A DNA stretch of 64,000 bases from the NCBI GenBank assembly GCA_002937505.1, contig PTJY01000004.1:125186-189185 (forward strand), written 5' to 3'. Position numbers and translations under genes: made by a program. Numbering within the stretch: the stretch's first letter is position 1; each line of letters begins with the position of its first letter. The DNA comes from Alphaproteobacteria bacterium MarineAlpha12_Bin1 (GTDB lineage Bacteria; Pseudomonadota; Alphaproteobacteria; UBA6615). The notes under the pieces were generated by a model that ran no database searches, was not told where the DNA came from, and worked only from the letters and a program-made list of their open reading frames with translations. Below, in pieces: positions 48,659 through 58,451 of the stretch.

Positions 48659-49693
48659 ATGAGCCAACGAATTGCTGTTTTGGGTACCGGTGCAAATGGT
48701 GCCTCAATTGCTGCAGATTTAACTATAGCAGGATTGGATGTTGTTCTAATTGAACAATGGCCAGAACACGTTCAACAGATGAGAAAATCAGGTATTCGTA
48801 TTGAAATGCCAGAAAAAGTTTTAGAGACCTCTGTTGAAGTTTATCATTTGTGTGAGGTTTGTACCTTTGACTCGCAATTTGATGTCGTTCTTCTTGTCAT
48901 GAAAGCTTATGATACAATTTGGGGGTGTCAACTAATAAAGCCATATCTAAAGGATGATGGGGTGTTAGTTGGAGTTCAAAACGGAATGACTACTGACAAT
49001 ATAATAGAAGTTGTTGGAATTGATCGCACTATGGGGTGCGTTATTGAGGTCTCCTCTCAGATGTTTGCTCCAGGAGTAGTGGAAAGGCAGTCGTCACATG
49101 ATCACTCTTGGTTTGCGGTTGGTGGTTTATCTAGCAAGGGTAAGAAACGAGAACTGGAAGTCAAAAACTTGCTATCTAACTCGGGGACTACTGTGATTTC
49201 ATCAGACATTCGATCAGCTAAATGGATGAAGATCGTAAGTAACTGTACTACCTTGGGTACAACAGCGATATTTGGTATGCCTATAGCTGAGGCTGCTTCA
49301 AATCCAGTCATGAGAGACATAATGATTGCATCAGGGTTGGAGGCGTTAGATGTTGGTAGAGAAAAGGGATATCGACTTGAACCAATATTTGGTCTATCCG
49401 AAAAAGAAATTCGTGATTCAAATCAATTAGTTGAATTACTCCTTAATAAACTAACAAGTACATATATTTTGCCTCAGACGATTACGACAGTTTTACAGGA
49501 CCATAAAAAAAATAGAAAAAGTGAGGTAGAGAATGTAAATGGTTGGGTTGTAGAGGAACGACATAGTATTGGTAAAAAAGCGCCAGTTAACAGCGCGATT
49601 TTAAAAGTTTCTAATTTAATCAAAAAAGGCGAATTAGAGCCTGATCCCTCAAATGTTGGTTTGATACAGAACTTAATTAAGGATGGAAAATAA
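48659..49693 (+). CDS. Ketopantoate reductase (PanE/ApbA) family 2-dehydropantoate 2-reductase-like oxidoreductase
   Basis: N-terminal Rossmann IAVLGTGANG and ApbA C-domain. 344 aa. Confidence 0.7.
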   Translation: MSQRIAVLGTGANGASIAADLTIAGLDVVLIEQWPEHVQQMRKSGIRIEMPEKVLETSVEVYHLCEVCTFDSQFDVVLLVMKAYDTIWGCQLIKPYLKDDGVLVGVQNGMTTDNIIEVVGIDRTMGCVIEVSSQMFAPGVVERQSSHDHSWFAVGGLSSKGKKRELEVKNLLSNSGTTVISSDIRSAKWMKIVSNCTTLGTTAIFGMPIAEAASNPVMRDIMIASGLEALDVGREKGYRLEPIFGLSEKEIRDSNQLVELLLNKLTSTYILPQTITTVLQDHKKNRKSEVENVNGWVVEERHSIGKKAPVNSAILKVSNLIKKGELEPDPSNVGLIQNLIKDGK

Positions 49694-49828
49694 AGTATAT
49701 TTTTATAAGATGATTAAAAATCTGATTCAAAGTATATCCCATAGAAATTCAAAAACTAACATCACATAATTCAATTCTTAATCAAGCAACAAACCGAGTT
49801 TGCCTATGGCAGTTACGTTTTTGATTGG

Positions 49829-50866
49829 TTAGTCCCAATTTTCGGCATAACCAAAATTTCGTGTAGCATACTCAGCATGAAAATTTTCAAATGTTATAGG
49901 TGGGTATTTTTCAGGATTACTCGCATCTTTACAGGATGGAAGGCACTTAAGAACAGTATCTACATTTGGGTAAAAGAAAAAGATATTTGAATAACGGCCC
50001 TCGTTTGTGTCAGCTAGTACTCTATGGGGGGTTGCTATGTATTTGTCATTGATCCATCTGACAAGTGTGTTCCCTGTATTAACAAGAATTCCTTCAGGTA
50101 TAACTGGTTGCTTTATCCAGTTGCCTGACGGTGTCAAAATTTCCAACCCAGGTCGTGTGGCTGGAGGAATTAGAGAGAGAAATGATATGTCGGTATGGCC
50201 TGGAAGACTTATGTGGTTTTTCTCCTCTTTAATAGGGGGATAGTAGGCAATTCTAGACATTGAGCTTGATCTTTGAAAAAAAGAGCTAAAATAGTTTGCG
50301 GGCATATCTAGGGATAATGCGAGAGGGGGAAGAAGTTTGTGTGCCAAATTTTCAAAAGCAATATGAAACTCCATAAATGATTTTTTAAGTCCTGGCACAA
50401 CTATTTCATCAGGCCATTTGTTGTGTCCTCTAAACCGTCTGTTTTTGCCAAAGTCAGGGTCTTCAGGGTCTAAGTCAAAGGTAAACTTAAATGCTTCGCT
50501 CAATTGAGGCTTGGTTGCTGTTTTTCTCTTCTCGAAAGTATCATTATGAATTGATACATTTGGTGGCATATAGCCGCATTGATGTCGGTTCATTCTAACT
50601 TTTAGCTTCTCAGTCTCAGGTAAATTAAAAAATTTTCTTGAGGATTCAAAACACCGTTCGACAATAGTGTTATCCATGCCGTGATTTACAATAAACATAA
50701 ATCCAATCCCACTGCAGGCGTGATAAATAGACTCAGCGACAACGCTCAATTGATTATCGTCTCCTGAGAGCATTGGGCCTACATCAATAACAGGTATTTC
50801 CTGTTTCGTATTTTCATAAGATTTTTGTGAATCTAATGATTTATTGGTGTCTAGTTGAACGCTCAT
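49829..50866 (-). CDS. 2OG-Fe(II) oxygenase superfamily protein (isopenicillin-N-synthase-like)
   Basis: HxD...H facial triad (GHTDISFLSLI ... TPHRVL) in a DSBH-sized C-domain preceded by the IPNS-type N-domain. Confidence 0.6.
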   Translation of the reverse strand: MSVQLDTNKSLDSQKSYENTKQEIPVIDVGPMLSGDDNQLSVVAESIYHACSGIGFMFIVNHGMDNTIVERCFESSRKFFNLPETEKLKVRMNRHQCGYMPPNVSIHNDTFEKRKTATKPQLSEAFKFTFDLDPEDPDFGKNRRFRGHNKWPDEIVVPGLKKSFMEFHIAFENLAHKLLPPLALSLDMPANYFSSFFQRSSSMSRIAYYPPIKEEKNHISLPGHTDISFLSLIPPATRPGLEILTPSGNWIKQPVIPEGILVNTGNTLVRWINDKYIATPHRVLADTNEGRYSNIFFFYPNVDTVLKCLPSCKDASNPEKYPPITFENFHAEYATRNFGYAENWD

Positions 50867-51124
50867 CTTTATTGTCCCCTAAAGAGCAAATAAAAACTGG
50901 TTATTTATAGAGATTTACCTTCTTTAATTTTTTTCCTACTTATAGATCTTTATAATAAGTATAAGGTTTTACAAATAATAAACGAAGCATTATCTAAAGA
51001 GATTGAATAATGTATCATACAAACAGATTAGCACTTTATTTGTTAATGTATTTTAATCAATTGATTTTATAATATGTTAGTATTGTTTGTTAATAGATAA
51101 ATTTTCTACTTATTAGTCAGTAAA

Positions 51125-51841
51125 ATGAACAAAAGTAATGATAAATTAACACCGTTAGTGTCAACGAACGCAGAAGTTAGAGCTTTTTTGAATCAAGTTG
51201 CAAAGATTCCTAAAACTGAAAAAGGCTCTAGGGGAAGATTGCTATTTGCTATTGACGCAACTCTAAGTAGGGAATCTACATGGGATTTAGCTTCGCAAAT
51301 ACAATCTGAAATGTTTGTTGCTACTAAAGATCTTGGAGGGCTTGAGGTTCAGCTGGCTTTTTATAGAGGGTTCGGTGAAATGAAGGTCACAAAATGGCTT
51401 TCTAATCCAGATGAACTTGTAAAAAAAATGAACCTGGTTCGCTGTGTGGCTGGTCGAACACAAATTCGTAAGGTTTTTAGACATACGTTGAAAGAGACTA
51501 AGCAGAAAAAAGTTAATGCTCTTGTATTTGTTGGAGATGTTATTGAAGAAGACATAGATGAACTTGGTCACTTGTCTGGACAGTTGGGACTCATAGGAAC
51601 TCCAGTTTTTATATTTCAAGATGGAGAAGAGCCAATTTCAAAAAGAGGCTTTCAGGATATCGCTAGACTATCCAATGGTGCTTACAGCTCTTTTAATGCT
51701 GATAGCGCAGCACAACTGAGTGAATTATTGCGGGCTGTTGCTGTTTTCTCTGCTGGAGGAGTTTCGGCTCTTACTAATTATGGCAATAAGATTGGGGGTA
51801 GAGCACTACAGATTAGCAATCAGATGACGAAACAGAAATGA
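51125..51841 (+). CDS. Cytoplasmic von Willebrand factor A (VWA)-like domain protein
   Basis: Rossmann-like beta-alpha pattern with a MIDAS-like DxTxS at the first strand (LLFAIDATLSRES) and a hydrophobic strand ALVFVGD. 238 aa, no signal peptide. Confidence 0.5.
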   Translation: MNKSNDKLTPLVSTNAEVRAFLNQVAKIPKTEKGSRGRLLFAIDATLSRESTWDLASQIQSEMFVATKDLGGLEVQLAFYRGFGEMKVTKWLSNPDELVKKMNLVRCVAGRTQIRKVFRHTLKETKQKKVNALVFVGDVIEEDIDELGHLSGQLGLIGTPVFIFQDGEEPISKRGFQDIARLSNGAYSSFNADSAAQLSELLRAVAVFSAGGVSALTNYGNKIGGRALQISNQMTKQK

Positions 51842-51851
51842 AATTGATGTC

Positions 51852-52577
51852 ATGATTCCTACATTAATACTAGTTTTAGCCTTAATTATTGGAATTTATT
51901 TTATTGCTAGATGGTGGGTTCAGGCTGATCCAAAGCAACTTATCAAGGCTCTTAGATGGGCAGGTGTAATACTAGCTATTATTATCGCTATAGCTATATT
52001 TATATCTGGAAGATGGCATTGGCTGCCCGGATTGTTCTTTTTCCTTTTACCTTGGTTGCTAAGAGCAAGAACATTACAGACCATAAATAAGAATGCTCGA
52101 GGTCCTACAGCAGGTCAATCCAGTCACATTTCTACTAAATACCTAAAAATGAAACTTGACCATGATAGTGGCGAGATGACGGGGCAAATTATAAATGGAA
52201 AGTTTTCTGGAAATAATTTGAGTGAACTAGACTTACCAAAATTGATTGAATTGTGGAAAGAATGTACAGCCAATGATGAACAATCTCGTGTTGTTTTGGA
52301 AAATTATTTAGATAGGGATTTTTCTGATTGGCGTGAATTGGCCGGAATTGGCCCTCGTCATGAGCAATCATATAGCAGTTCAGATAGTCCATGGGCAGGC
52401 GATTTAATGAGTGCGTCTGAGGCAAGAGAGATCCTTGATGTTAGTGAGAACGCATCAGGATCTGATATTGAAAAGGCCTACAGAAAAGCAATGAAAAGAG
52501 CTCATCCGGATCAAGGGGGTTCAGATTGGATGGCCGCAAAAGTAAACCAGGCAAAAGATATTTTACTTGGAAAATAG
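51852..52577 (+). CDS. Membrane-anchored J-domain (DnaJ-like, DjlA-type architecture) protein
   Basis: Two N-terminal TM helices. C-terminal ~60 aa is a J domain with the HPD motif (DIEKAYRKAMKRAHPDQGGS). Start 10 nt after the VWA gene stop. Confidence 0.7.
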   Translation: MIPTLILVLALIIGIYFIARWWVQADPKQLIKALRWAGVILAIIIAIAIFISGRWHWLPGLFFFLLPWLLRARTLQTINKNARGPTAGQSSHISTKYLKMKLDHDSGEMTGQIINGKFSGNNLSELDLPKLIELWKECTANDEQSRVVLENYLDRDFSDWRELAGIGPRHEQSYSSSDSPWAGDLMSASEAREILDVSENASGSDIEKAYRKAMKRAHPDQGGSDWMAAKVNQAKDILLGK

Positions 52578-52690
52578 CAACAAATTCTTACTTTCTATTA
52601 CTTGCTATTCTTCTGACCAATATGGCACAAGAAGACTAGTTGTTTAATGTATATAATTATCAATTGATTAACAGAAGTGGTATTGTCTTT

Positions 52691-53560
52691 ATGACTGCAA
52701 AAGTTCGGAAAGCTATATTTCCGGTTGGAGGACTGGGTACTCGATTCCTACCTGCGACCAAAGCGATGCCTAAAGAGATGCTTCCAGTTGTTGATAAGCC
52801 TCTTATTGAATATGCTGTTGAAGAGGCATATGAATCTGGTATAGAGCAGTTTATATTCGTTACCGGAAGAGGAAAAGTTATCATCGAAGATCACTTCGAT
52901 CATAGTTTTGAACTATTTGAAACACTAAAAAATAGAGATAAAAATTTTCAGCTAGATTCACTTAGCACCTCTAAGTTTGAACCAGGACAAATTTCTTACG
53001 TCAGACAGCAGCAGCCACTCGGTTTAGGGCACGCTGTGTGGTGTGCACGACATTTAATAAAAGATGAACCCTTCGCTATTTTGTTAGCTGATGATTTGAT
53101 TTTAAGTAAAGTGCCCTGTCTTAAACAACTAGTTGAGGCTCGCGAAGAAAATGGAGGTAACATTCTTGCTGCAATGACGGTTCCCTTAGAGCAAACGTCA
53201 AGATATGGAATTATTGAAGCGTTTAACTCAAGGGGCAACTTGCACCATATTAAGGCTTTAGTTGAAAAGCCTGATCCTTCTGACGCGCCTTCCAATTTGG
53301 CTGTGGTTGGAAGATACATTCTCAGTTCAGATATTTTTAGTGAACTTGATAAAGTAAAACCCGGAGTAGGCGGAGAAATACAACTCACAGACGCAATTAC
53401 AAAATTGATGGTTAGAGATGAAATATACGGTCTTACTTTCGAAGGAAGAAGGTTTGATTGTGGTGATAAGCTAGGTTTTTTAGAGGCTAATATTGCTTTT
53501 GCGCTTGAACGAAAAGATCTAGGTGATTTTCGAACTGTTATTTCTAAATATGGAGGCTAA
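52691..53560 (+). CDS. galU: UTP--glucose-1-phosphate uridylyltransferase
   Basis: N-terminal KAIFPVGGLGTRFLPATKAMPKEMLPV, the canonical GalU motif. Start at the internal ATG 52691. Confidence 0.85.
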   Translation: MTAKVRKAIFPVGGLGTRFLPATKAMPKEMLPVVDKPLIEYAVEEAYESGIEQFIFVTGRGKVIIEDHFDHSFELFETLKNRDKNFQLDSLSTSKFEPGQISYVRQQQPLGLGHAVWCARHLIKDEPFAILLADDLILSKVPCLKQLVEAREENGGNILAAMTVPLEQTSRYGIIEAFNSRGNLHHIKALVEKPDPSDAPSNLAVVGRYILSSDIFSELDKVKPGVGGEIQLTDAITKLMVRDEIYGLTFEGRRFDCGDKLGFLEANIAFALERKDLGDFRTVISKYGG

Positions 53561-53563
53561 ACT

Positions 53564-54889
53564 TTGCGGATAGTAATGGTAGGCGCAGGTTACGTCGGCT
53601 TAGTTTCTAGCGCTTGTTTTTCTGAGTTTGGATGGGATGTTATCTGTGTTGATAACGACCCAAAAAGAATTGATGCTCTTACTCATGGCAAATTACCAAT
53701 TTATGAGCCAGGTTTAGATGAATTAGTAAAGCGAAGCGTAACAGAAGGAAGACTAAGTTTTTCTACCGATCTAGCTTCCTCTTTGACTAATACACAAATT
53801 ATATTTATTGCGGTGGGAACTCCATCACGAAGAGGTGATGGACACTCTGATCTATCTTATGTTTTTGACGCTGTGAAAAATATTTCTATGAATGCAGAAC
53901 CTGATGCATTGGTAGTAACCAAATCTACTGTTCCTGTTGGTACTGGGAGAGAAATTCAAAAAATACTTAACAAAGAAAACCCTGACTCGCGACTTCTAGT
54001 TGCAGCAAATCCCGAGTTTTTAAGAGAGGGTTCTGCGATTGATGATTTTATGGGTCCTGACAGAATTATTATTGGTGCTGAATGTGAAAAATCCATGGAT
54101 TTAATGAATAGGGTCTATAACCCGTTGTCCTTGAAAGATATCCCGATTGTTTTTACGTCGCTGGAGTCAGCTGAAATGATAAAATATGCATCTAATTCAT
54201 TTTTAGCTACTAAGATTACCTTCATTAATGAATTTGCTGATTTATGTGAAAAAGTTGGAGCTAATGTACAGGATGTGGCCAGGGGGATCGGTCTTGATGA
54301 TCGAATTGGAAAAGAATTTCTCAATGCTGGCCCTGGCTATGGGGGGTCCTGTTTTCCTAAAGACACTGCGGCATTAGTAAAAACTGGTCAAGATGCTAAG
54401 TCACCGTTATCCATTGTAGAGAAGGTCATTGAGGTAAATGAAAATAGAAAATTTTCTATGGTTAAAAAAGTTATCGATTCATGTGGTGGTTCTGTTTTAG
54501 ATAAGACTGTAGGCGTTCTTGGTCTAACATTTAAACCTAATACGGATGATATGCGCGACGCTCCTAGTCTGGTCATTATTCCTGAGTTGATACATGCTGG
54601 GGCAAATATAAAAGTTTACGACCCAAAGGGCATGGAATCAGCCCACAATTATTTTAGTGATTTAGTTTGGTGTAATGATGCTTATGAAGCAATGAAGGAT
54701 TCTGATGCACTAGTTATATTAACCGAGTGGAATCAGTTTCGCGCGCTTGATTTGGAGAAAATGAGATCTCTTTTAAGAGCTCCATTAATCATAGACATGA
54801 GGAATATCTATAATCCAGAGGATATGAAGAGCGCATTATTTGATTATATATCCATAGGGCGTGAGCCTGTTTATGGAGCCAAAGAGTAA
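53564..54889 (+). CDS. ugd: UDP-glucose 6-dehydrogenase
   Basis: N-terminal GAGYVGL Rossmann, catalytic Cys region (GGSCFPKD), UDP-binding C-domain. TTG start 8 nt after GGAGG. The galU stop lies within the RBS. Confidence 0.85.
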   Translation: MRIVMVGAGYVGLVSSACFSEFGWDVICVDNDPKRIDALTHGKLPIYEPGLDELVKRSVTEGRLSFSTDLASSLTNTQIIFIAVGTPSRRGDGHSDLSYVFDAVKNISMNAEPDALVVTKSTVPVGTGREIQKILNKENPDSRLLVAANPEFLREGSAIDDFMGPDRIIIGAECEKSMDLMNRVYNPLSLKDIPIVFTSLESAEMIKYASNSFLATKITFINEFADLCEKVGANVQDVARGIGLDDRIGKEFLNAGPGYGGSCFPKDTAALVKTGQDAKSPLSIVEKVIEVNENRKFSMVKKVIDSCGGSVLDKTVGVLGLTFKPNTDDMRDAPSLVIIPELIHAGANIKVYDPKGMESAHNYFSDLVWCNDAYEAMKDSDALVILTEWNQFRALDLEKMRSLLRAPLIIDMRNIYNPEDMKSALFDYISIGREPVYGAKE

Positions 54890-54899
54890 GTATTAAGCT

Positions 54900-56288
54900 A
54901 TGCCAATTCATTCCTTCAACCCCTCTATATTAAGAGAGTATGACGTTCGTGGAATTGTTGGAGAAACATTATTTGATGATGATGCGCATATGTTAGGCAT
55001 CACATTTGGAAGTCGTCTAATAAAAGAGGGAGGGAAGAGCGTAAGTGTTGGATATGATGGACGGTTAACTAGCCCTAACCTCACTGAAGCCCTAATTGAT
55101 GGTCTGATCTCGTGTGGACTTAAAGTGTTTAATATTGGTTTAGGTCCGACACCTATGTTATCGTTTTCTACCCATTATCTTTCTTCAGACGCTGGCATAA
55201 TGGTCACTGGAAGCCATAATCCAAAAACTTATAATGGCTTTAAATTTTCTTTAAAAGGTAGGCCTTTCTATGGTCATGATATTTTGTCTCTAGCTGCTCT
55301 AGCAGAGTCTGGTGATGTTGAATCTGGTAAAGGGGTGTTGGAGAAGGTAAACATAGAAGATGACTATCTAAAACGGTTAACAAGAGATTTCTCTAGTCTT
55401 AGCTCTAGAGCTATATCCTGGGATCCAGGAAATGGTGCTACAGCTATCCTTCTTGATAAGTTATGCAAGATTATCCCAGGTCGTCACCACATAATTAATG
55501 GCTGGATAGATGGTAATTTTCCTAATCATCATCCAGATCCAACCATTCCTGAAAACTTAAGCCAGTTGATCGGATCTGTTCATGACAACTCATGTGAACT
55601 TGGTTTTGGGTTTGATGGCGATGGAGACAGAATAGGTGTGGTTGATGCAAAAGGAAGAATTATTTGGGCAGATCAATTAATGATGTTCTTTGCTAGAGAA
55701 ATTCTGAATAACCATCCTGGTGAGACAATAATCGCTGATGTTAAATCTAGTCAGGCGTTATTTGATGAAATTAAACGTTTGAATGGTACTCCACTTATGT
55801 GTGGCACAGGACACTCCCGAATAAGGTCGAAAATGATAGAGTTGTCAGCGCCATTAGCAGGTGAAATGAGTGGCCATATATTTTTTAATGATAGGTACTA
55901 TGGTTTTGATGACGCTTTGTATGCTTCACTTCGGCTTTTGTCGTTTTTGGACATGAATGACACTCCTCTTGACAAGCTTTATGATAGATTGCCTGTTTTG
56001 TTTAACACCCCTGAAATACGATTTTCGTGTCCCGAAGAAATGAAGTTCGAAGTTGTTGAGCAATTATCAAATACTTTGGATGAAGATACCAGAGATATAT
56101 CTAGAATTGACGGTATAAGAGTAAAAACTAATGATGGTTGGTGGCTTTTGAGGGCTTCAAACACACAAGACGCATTAGTTGCGAGATGCGAAAGTTATAG
56201 CGAAAACGGACTTAAAAACCTTATAGATGAATTAGTTAAAAATCTTTCAGCATTTGGCTTGTCGTTACCCAATAATATTATAGATTAG
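54900..56288 (+). CDS. Phosphomannomutase/phosphoglucomutase (alpha-D-phosphohexomutase family)
   Basis: Active-site Ser loop TGSHNP, metal-binding DGDGDR, sugar-binding GEMSGH. Confidence 0.85.
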   Translation: MPIHSFNPSILREYDVRGIVGETLFDDDAHMLGITFGSRLIKEGGKSVSVGYDGRLTSPNLTEALIDGLISCGLKVFNIGLGPTPMLSFSTHYLSSDAGIMVTGSHNPKTYNGFKFSLKGRPFYGHDILSLAALAESGDVESGKGVLEKVNIEDDYLKRLTRDFSSLSSRAISWDPGNGATAILLDKLCKIIPGRHHIINGWIDGNFPNHHPDPTIPENLSQLIGSVHDNSCELGFGFDGDGDRIGVVDAKGRIIWADQLMMFFAREILNNHPGETIIADVKSSQALFDEIKRLNGTPLMCGTGHSRIRSKMIELSAPLAGEMSGHIFFNDRYYGFDDALYASLRLLSFLDMNDTPLDKLYDRLPVLFNTPEIRFSCPEEMKFEVVEQLSNTLDEDTRDISRIDGIRVKTNDGWWLLRASNTQDALVARCESYSENGLKNLIDELVKNLSAFGLSLPNNIID

Positions 56289-56378
56289 TAAGGTACACTG
56301 AAAAGGTGTGCTTTCCGACTCCTTTCTAGTAAGGTATAGATCTAAGGTAATTATTAACAACTGAAAGGAGGTGATCCG

Positions 56379-56471
56379 ATGTCTAACGGATTGGTGATGG
56401 CAAAAGCTATATTACGAGGCACTGGTGACCCTCAATCGATGGGTGGATATATTCGACACCTAAGGGTCTGA
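56379..56471 (+). CDS. Candidate 30-codon small ORF behind a near-perfect Shine-Dalgarno (MSNGLVMAKAILRGTGDPQSMGGYIRHLRV)
   Basis: AAAGGAGGTGATCC (56364-56377) is a 14-nt complement of the 16S 3' tail. It sits 7 nt before the ATG. A rho-independent terminator follows ~125 nt downstream. No homologue recognised. Confidence 0.25.
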   Translation: MSNGLVMAKAILRGTGDPQSMGGYIRHLRV

Positions 56472-56595
56472 GGTTTACTGCATGGGTGTATCGTATTCTG
56501 GTGTTAGGCATGTATAATCGTCAATATGTGTGTCTAAAAGCCAAGAAAATTTTTTAATATAAAAATTTTTTAAAGATCACCTAACGTTTTTAAAA

Positions 56596-56631
56596 GTGCT
56601 GTCCTTCTTTTGTAAGGATGGCACTTTTTTT
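56596..56631 (+). terminator. Rho-independent terminator
   Basis: GTGCTGTCCTT-cttttgt-AAGGATGGCAC (11-bp stem with two G.U pairs) followed by TTTTTTT. Located between convergent genes. Confidence 0.6.
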
Positions 56632-56645
56632 GCTATTGGAATTAT

Positions 56646-57089
56646 TTATTTCCTTTTAATAAACACAGAAGATTTGAGTGTGAGTACAATATTCCCATTC
56701 TGATTAGTTAAATCACCAGTTGTAGTCACAATACCCAGTTTTGGTCTGCTTTTAGAGGTTCTTTTATCCTTAATCACTAAACTAGCACTCAGTGTGTCTC
56801 CTGGTCTGACTGGATTTAGCCACTTCAGATTTTCAACACCAGGAGAGCCCATACTTTGTAAATTCAGCAACAGACCCTCACAAGCCAAGCGCATCCAAAT
56901 GCTTGCAGTATACCAGCCACTTGCAATTATACCTTTGTATAAAGAACTTTTAGCATAACTTTCATCGATATGGATGAGCTGGGGGTCGAATTTCTCTGCG
57001 TAATTAATCATAGACTTACGATTTAATTTATAGCTTCCTAAATCATATTTAGTTCCTATAACTAAATCTTCATAATAAATATTTGACAT
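56646..57089 (-). CDS. MaoC-like (R)-specific enoyl-CoA hydratase / hot-dog fold dehydratase
   Basis: Hot-dog fold MaoC motifs (IHIDESYA...GIIASGWYT). Confidence 0.7.
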   Translation of the reverse strand: MSNIYYEDLVIGTKYDLGSYKLNRKSMINYAEKFDPQLIHIDESYAKSSLYKGIIASGWYTASIWMRLACEGLLLNLQSMGSPGVENLKWLNPVRPGDTLSASLVIKDKRTSKSRPKLGIVTTTGDLTNQNGNIVLTLKSSVFIKRK

Positions 57090-57150
57090 TCATGTCACTT
57101 TTAAAAAGTTAGTAATTAAATATATTAGTGAAAAGGATTATATTAATTGT

Positions 57151-58359
57151 CTATTCAGGAGTTAGCACAAAACACTTATTTCCTTTGAAAAGAAGTTGTT
57201 TGCAAAGAGAACGTGCAGAACTCCCATCTAGCCCCATGAAGCGAACACGAAATAGAGTGTTTGATTTGTGATTTTTGGGTTGAATTTTTAAAAAAGCAGT
57301 AGATGGTAGTCCTAGAAGTAGATGAGCAGTGTTACTGGCAGCGACATACGCGTTGTCATACTTTTTAAAGGTGCCAATTTGGATGCCCCAATTATTTTCA
57401 TAATTATTAGGCGAATTAATTTTTTCTTTGGTTATTTCTGCTGTTTTGGCCACTTCAGATTTATTTGATATCCATGGCTTAGATATTGGGCGAGCTGTCA
57501 GTGTGCTGAGTGCTCTAGCTTTATTCCAGTTACGATTAAAAAGCTTTTTCATGTGTCGATCTCGTCTGACAGCACTTTTTCCACCAAACACAACTCCAAT
57601 TAGCCGGACATTTCCTCTTACTGAAGAGGCAACTAAGTTAAAACCGGACGCACGAATATACCCAGTTTTAATACCATCAGTGCCTTTATAGTTTCTTAAA
57701 AGAGAATTGTGGTTAATATATTTTTTGCTCTTGTGAGTGAAAGATGGGGTGGCGAAGAACTTATAGTATCGATTGTGTTTGGTTATTAAGGCTGCAGCAA
57801 GGATTGACATGTCTTTTGCAGTAGTTTTTTGTCGTTTGTTATACAGTCCAGACGCATTTCTAAATTCTGTTTTCTTCATACCTAGTGAGTGAGCTTTTTT
57901 CGTCATTGCTTTAGCAAAACTAATTTCAGTACCACTTATCGATTCAGCAATTACTGTAGCCACATCATTAGCAGACTTTACAGCTAGAGCATTTATAGCA
58001 TTTTGGACGGTAATGAATTCACCCGGTTTGAGACCTAGTTTGGAAGCAGGTTGTCCTGCTGCTCTTTGAGAAACTCTTAATCTTTGATTTAACCTTAAGG
58101 CTCCTTCTTCTAAGGAATCAAAAACCATGTATAAAGTCATCATTTTAGTTAATGACGCAGGGTTTTTTAACTTATTAGCATTTCGAGAGTAAAGAGTTTT
58201 GCCGCTAGTGGCGTCAACTATAATTGAAGCATACTTTGCAGAAGCAAGCGTTGTAATTGGAGCGGTTAGAACTACCGATAAAAGAAACACTTTTAGATAA
58301 GATTTGATTTTTAAGTTATGAATTTTGGAACACCCCAATGATAAATATTTCAAAATCAA
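57151..58359 (-). CDS. D-alanyl-D-alanine carboxypeptidase (S11, PBP5/6-like) with C-terminal SPOR domain
   Basis: Signal peptide. SxxK (SLTKMMT), SxN (SANDVA), KTG (IKTG). C-terminal ~80 aa SPOR-like (WGIQIGTFKKYDNA...RVRFMGL). Confidence 0.75.
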   Translation of the reverse strand: MILKYLSLGCSKIHNLKIKSYLKVFLLSVVLTAPITTLASAKYASIIVDATSGKTLYSRNANKLKNPASLTKMMTLYMVFDSLEEGALRLNQRLRVSQRAAGQPASKLGLKPGEFITVQNAINALAVKSANDVATVIAESISGTEISFAKAMTKKAHSLGMKKTEFRNASGLYNKRQKTTAKDMSILAAALITKHNRYYKFFATPSFTHKSKKYINHNSLLRNYKGTDGIKTGYIRASGFNLVASSVRGNVRLIGVVFGGKSAVRRDRHMKKLFNRNWNKARALSTLTARPISKPWISNKSEVAKTAEITKEKINSPNNYENNWGIQIGTFKKYDNAYVAASNTAHLLLGLPSTAFLKIQPKNHKSNTLFRVRFMGLDGSSARSLCKQLLFKGNKCFVLTPE

Positions 58360-58451
58360 TTTTTATAGATTGAATATTTACTACCGAATCAGATCGTGTC
58401 CACTTTTTGCATTAAAGATACTTTAATTTTTTTGATTATGTTTGCGCTGAA

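Noticed and set aside
56364-56377. AAAGGAGGTGATCC looks like the reverse complement of a 16S rRNA 3' end, suggesting an rRNA gene on the minus strand
   Set aside because: The adjacent minus-strand sequence does not continue into the conserved 16S 3' region (no ...CTGCGGTTGGATCACC...). No rRNA-like sequence exists elsewhere in the window. Interpreted instead as an unusually strong SD.
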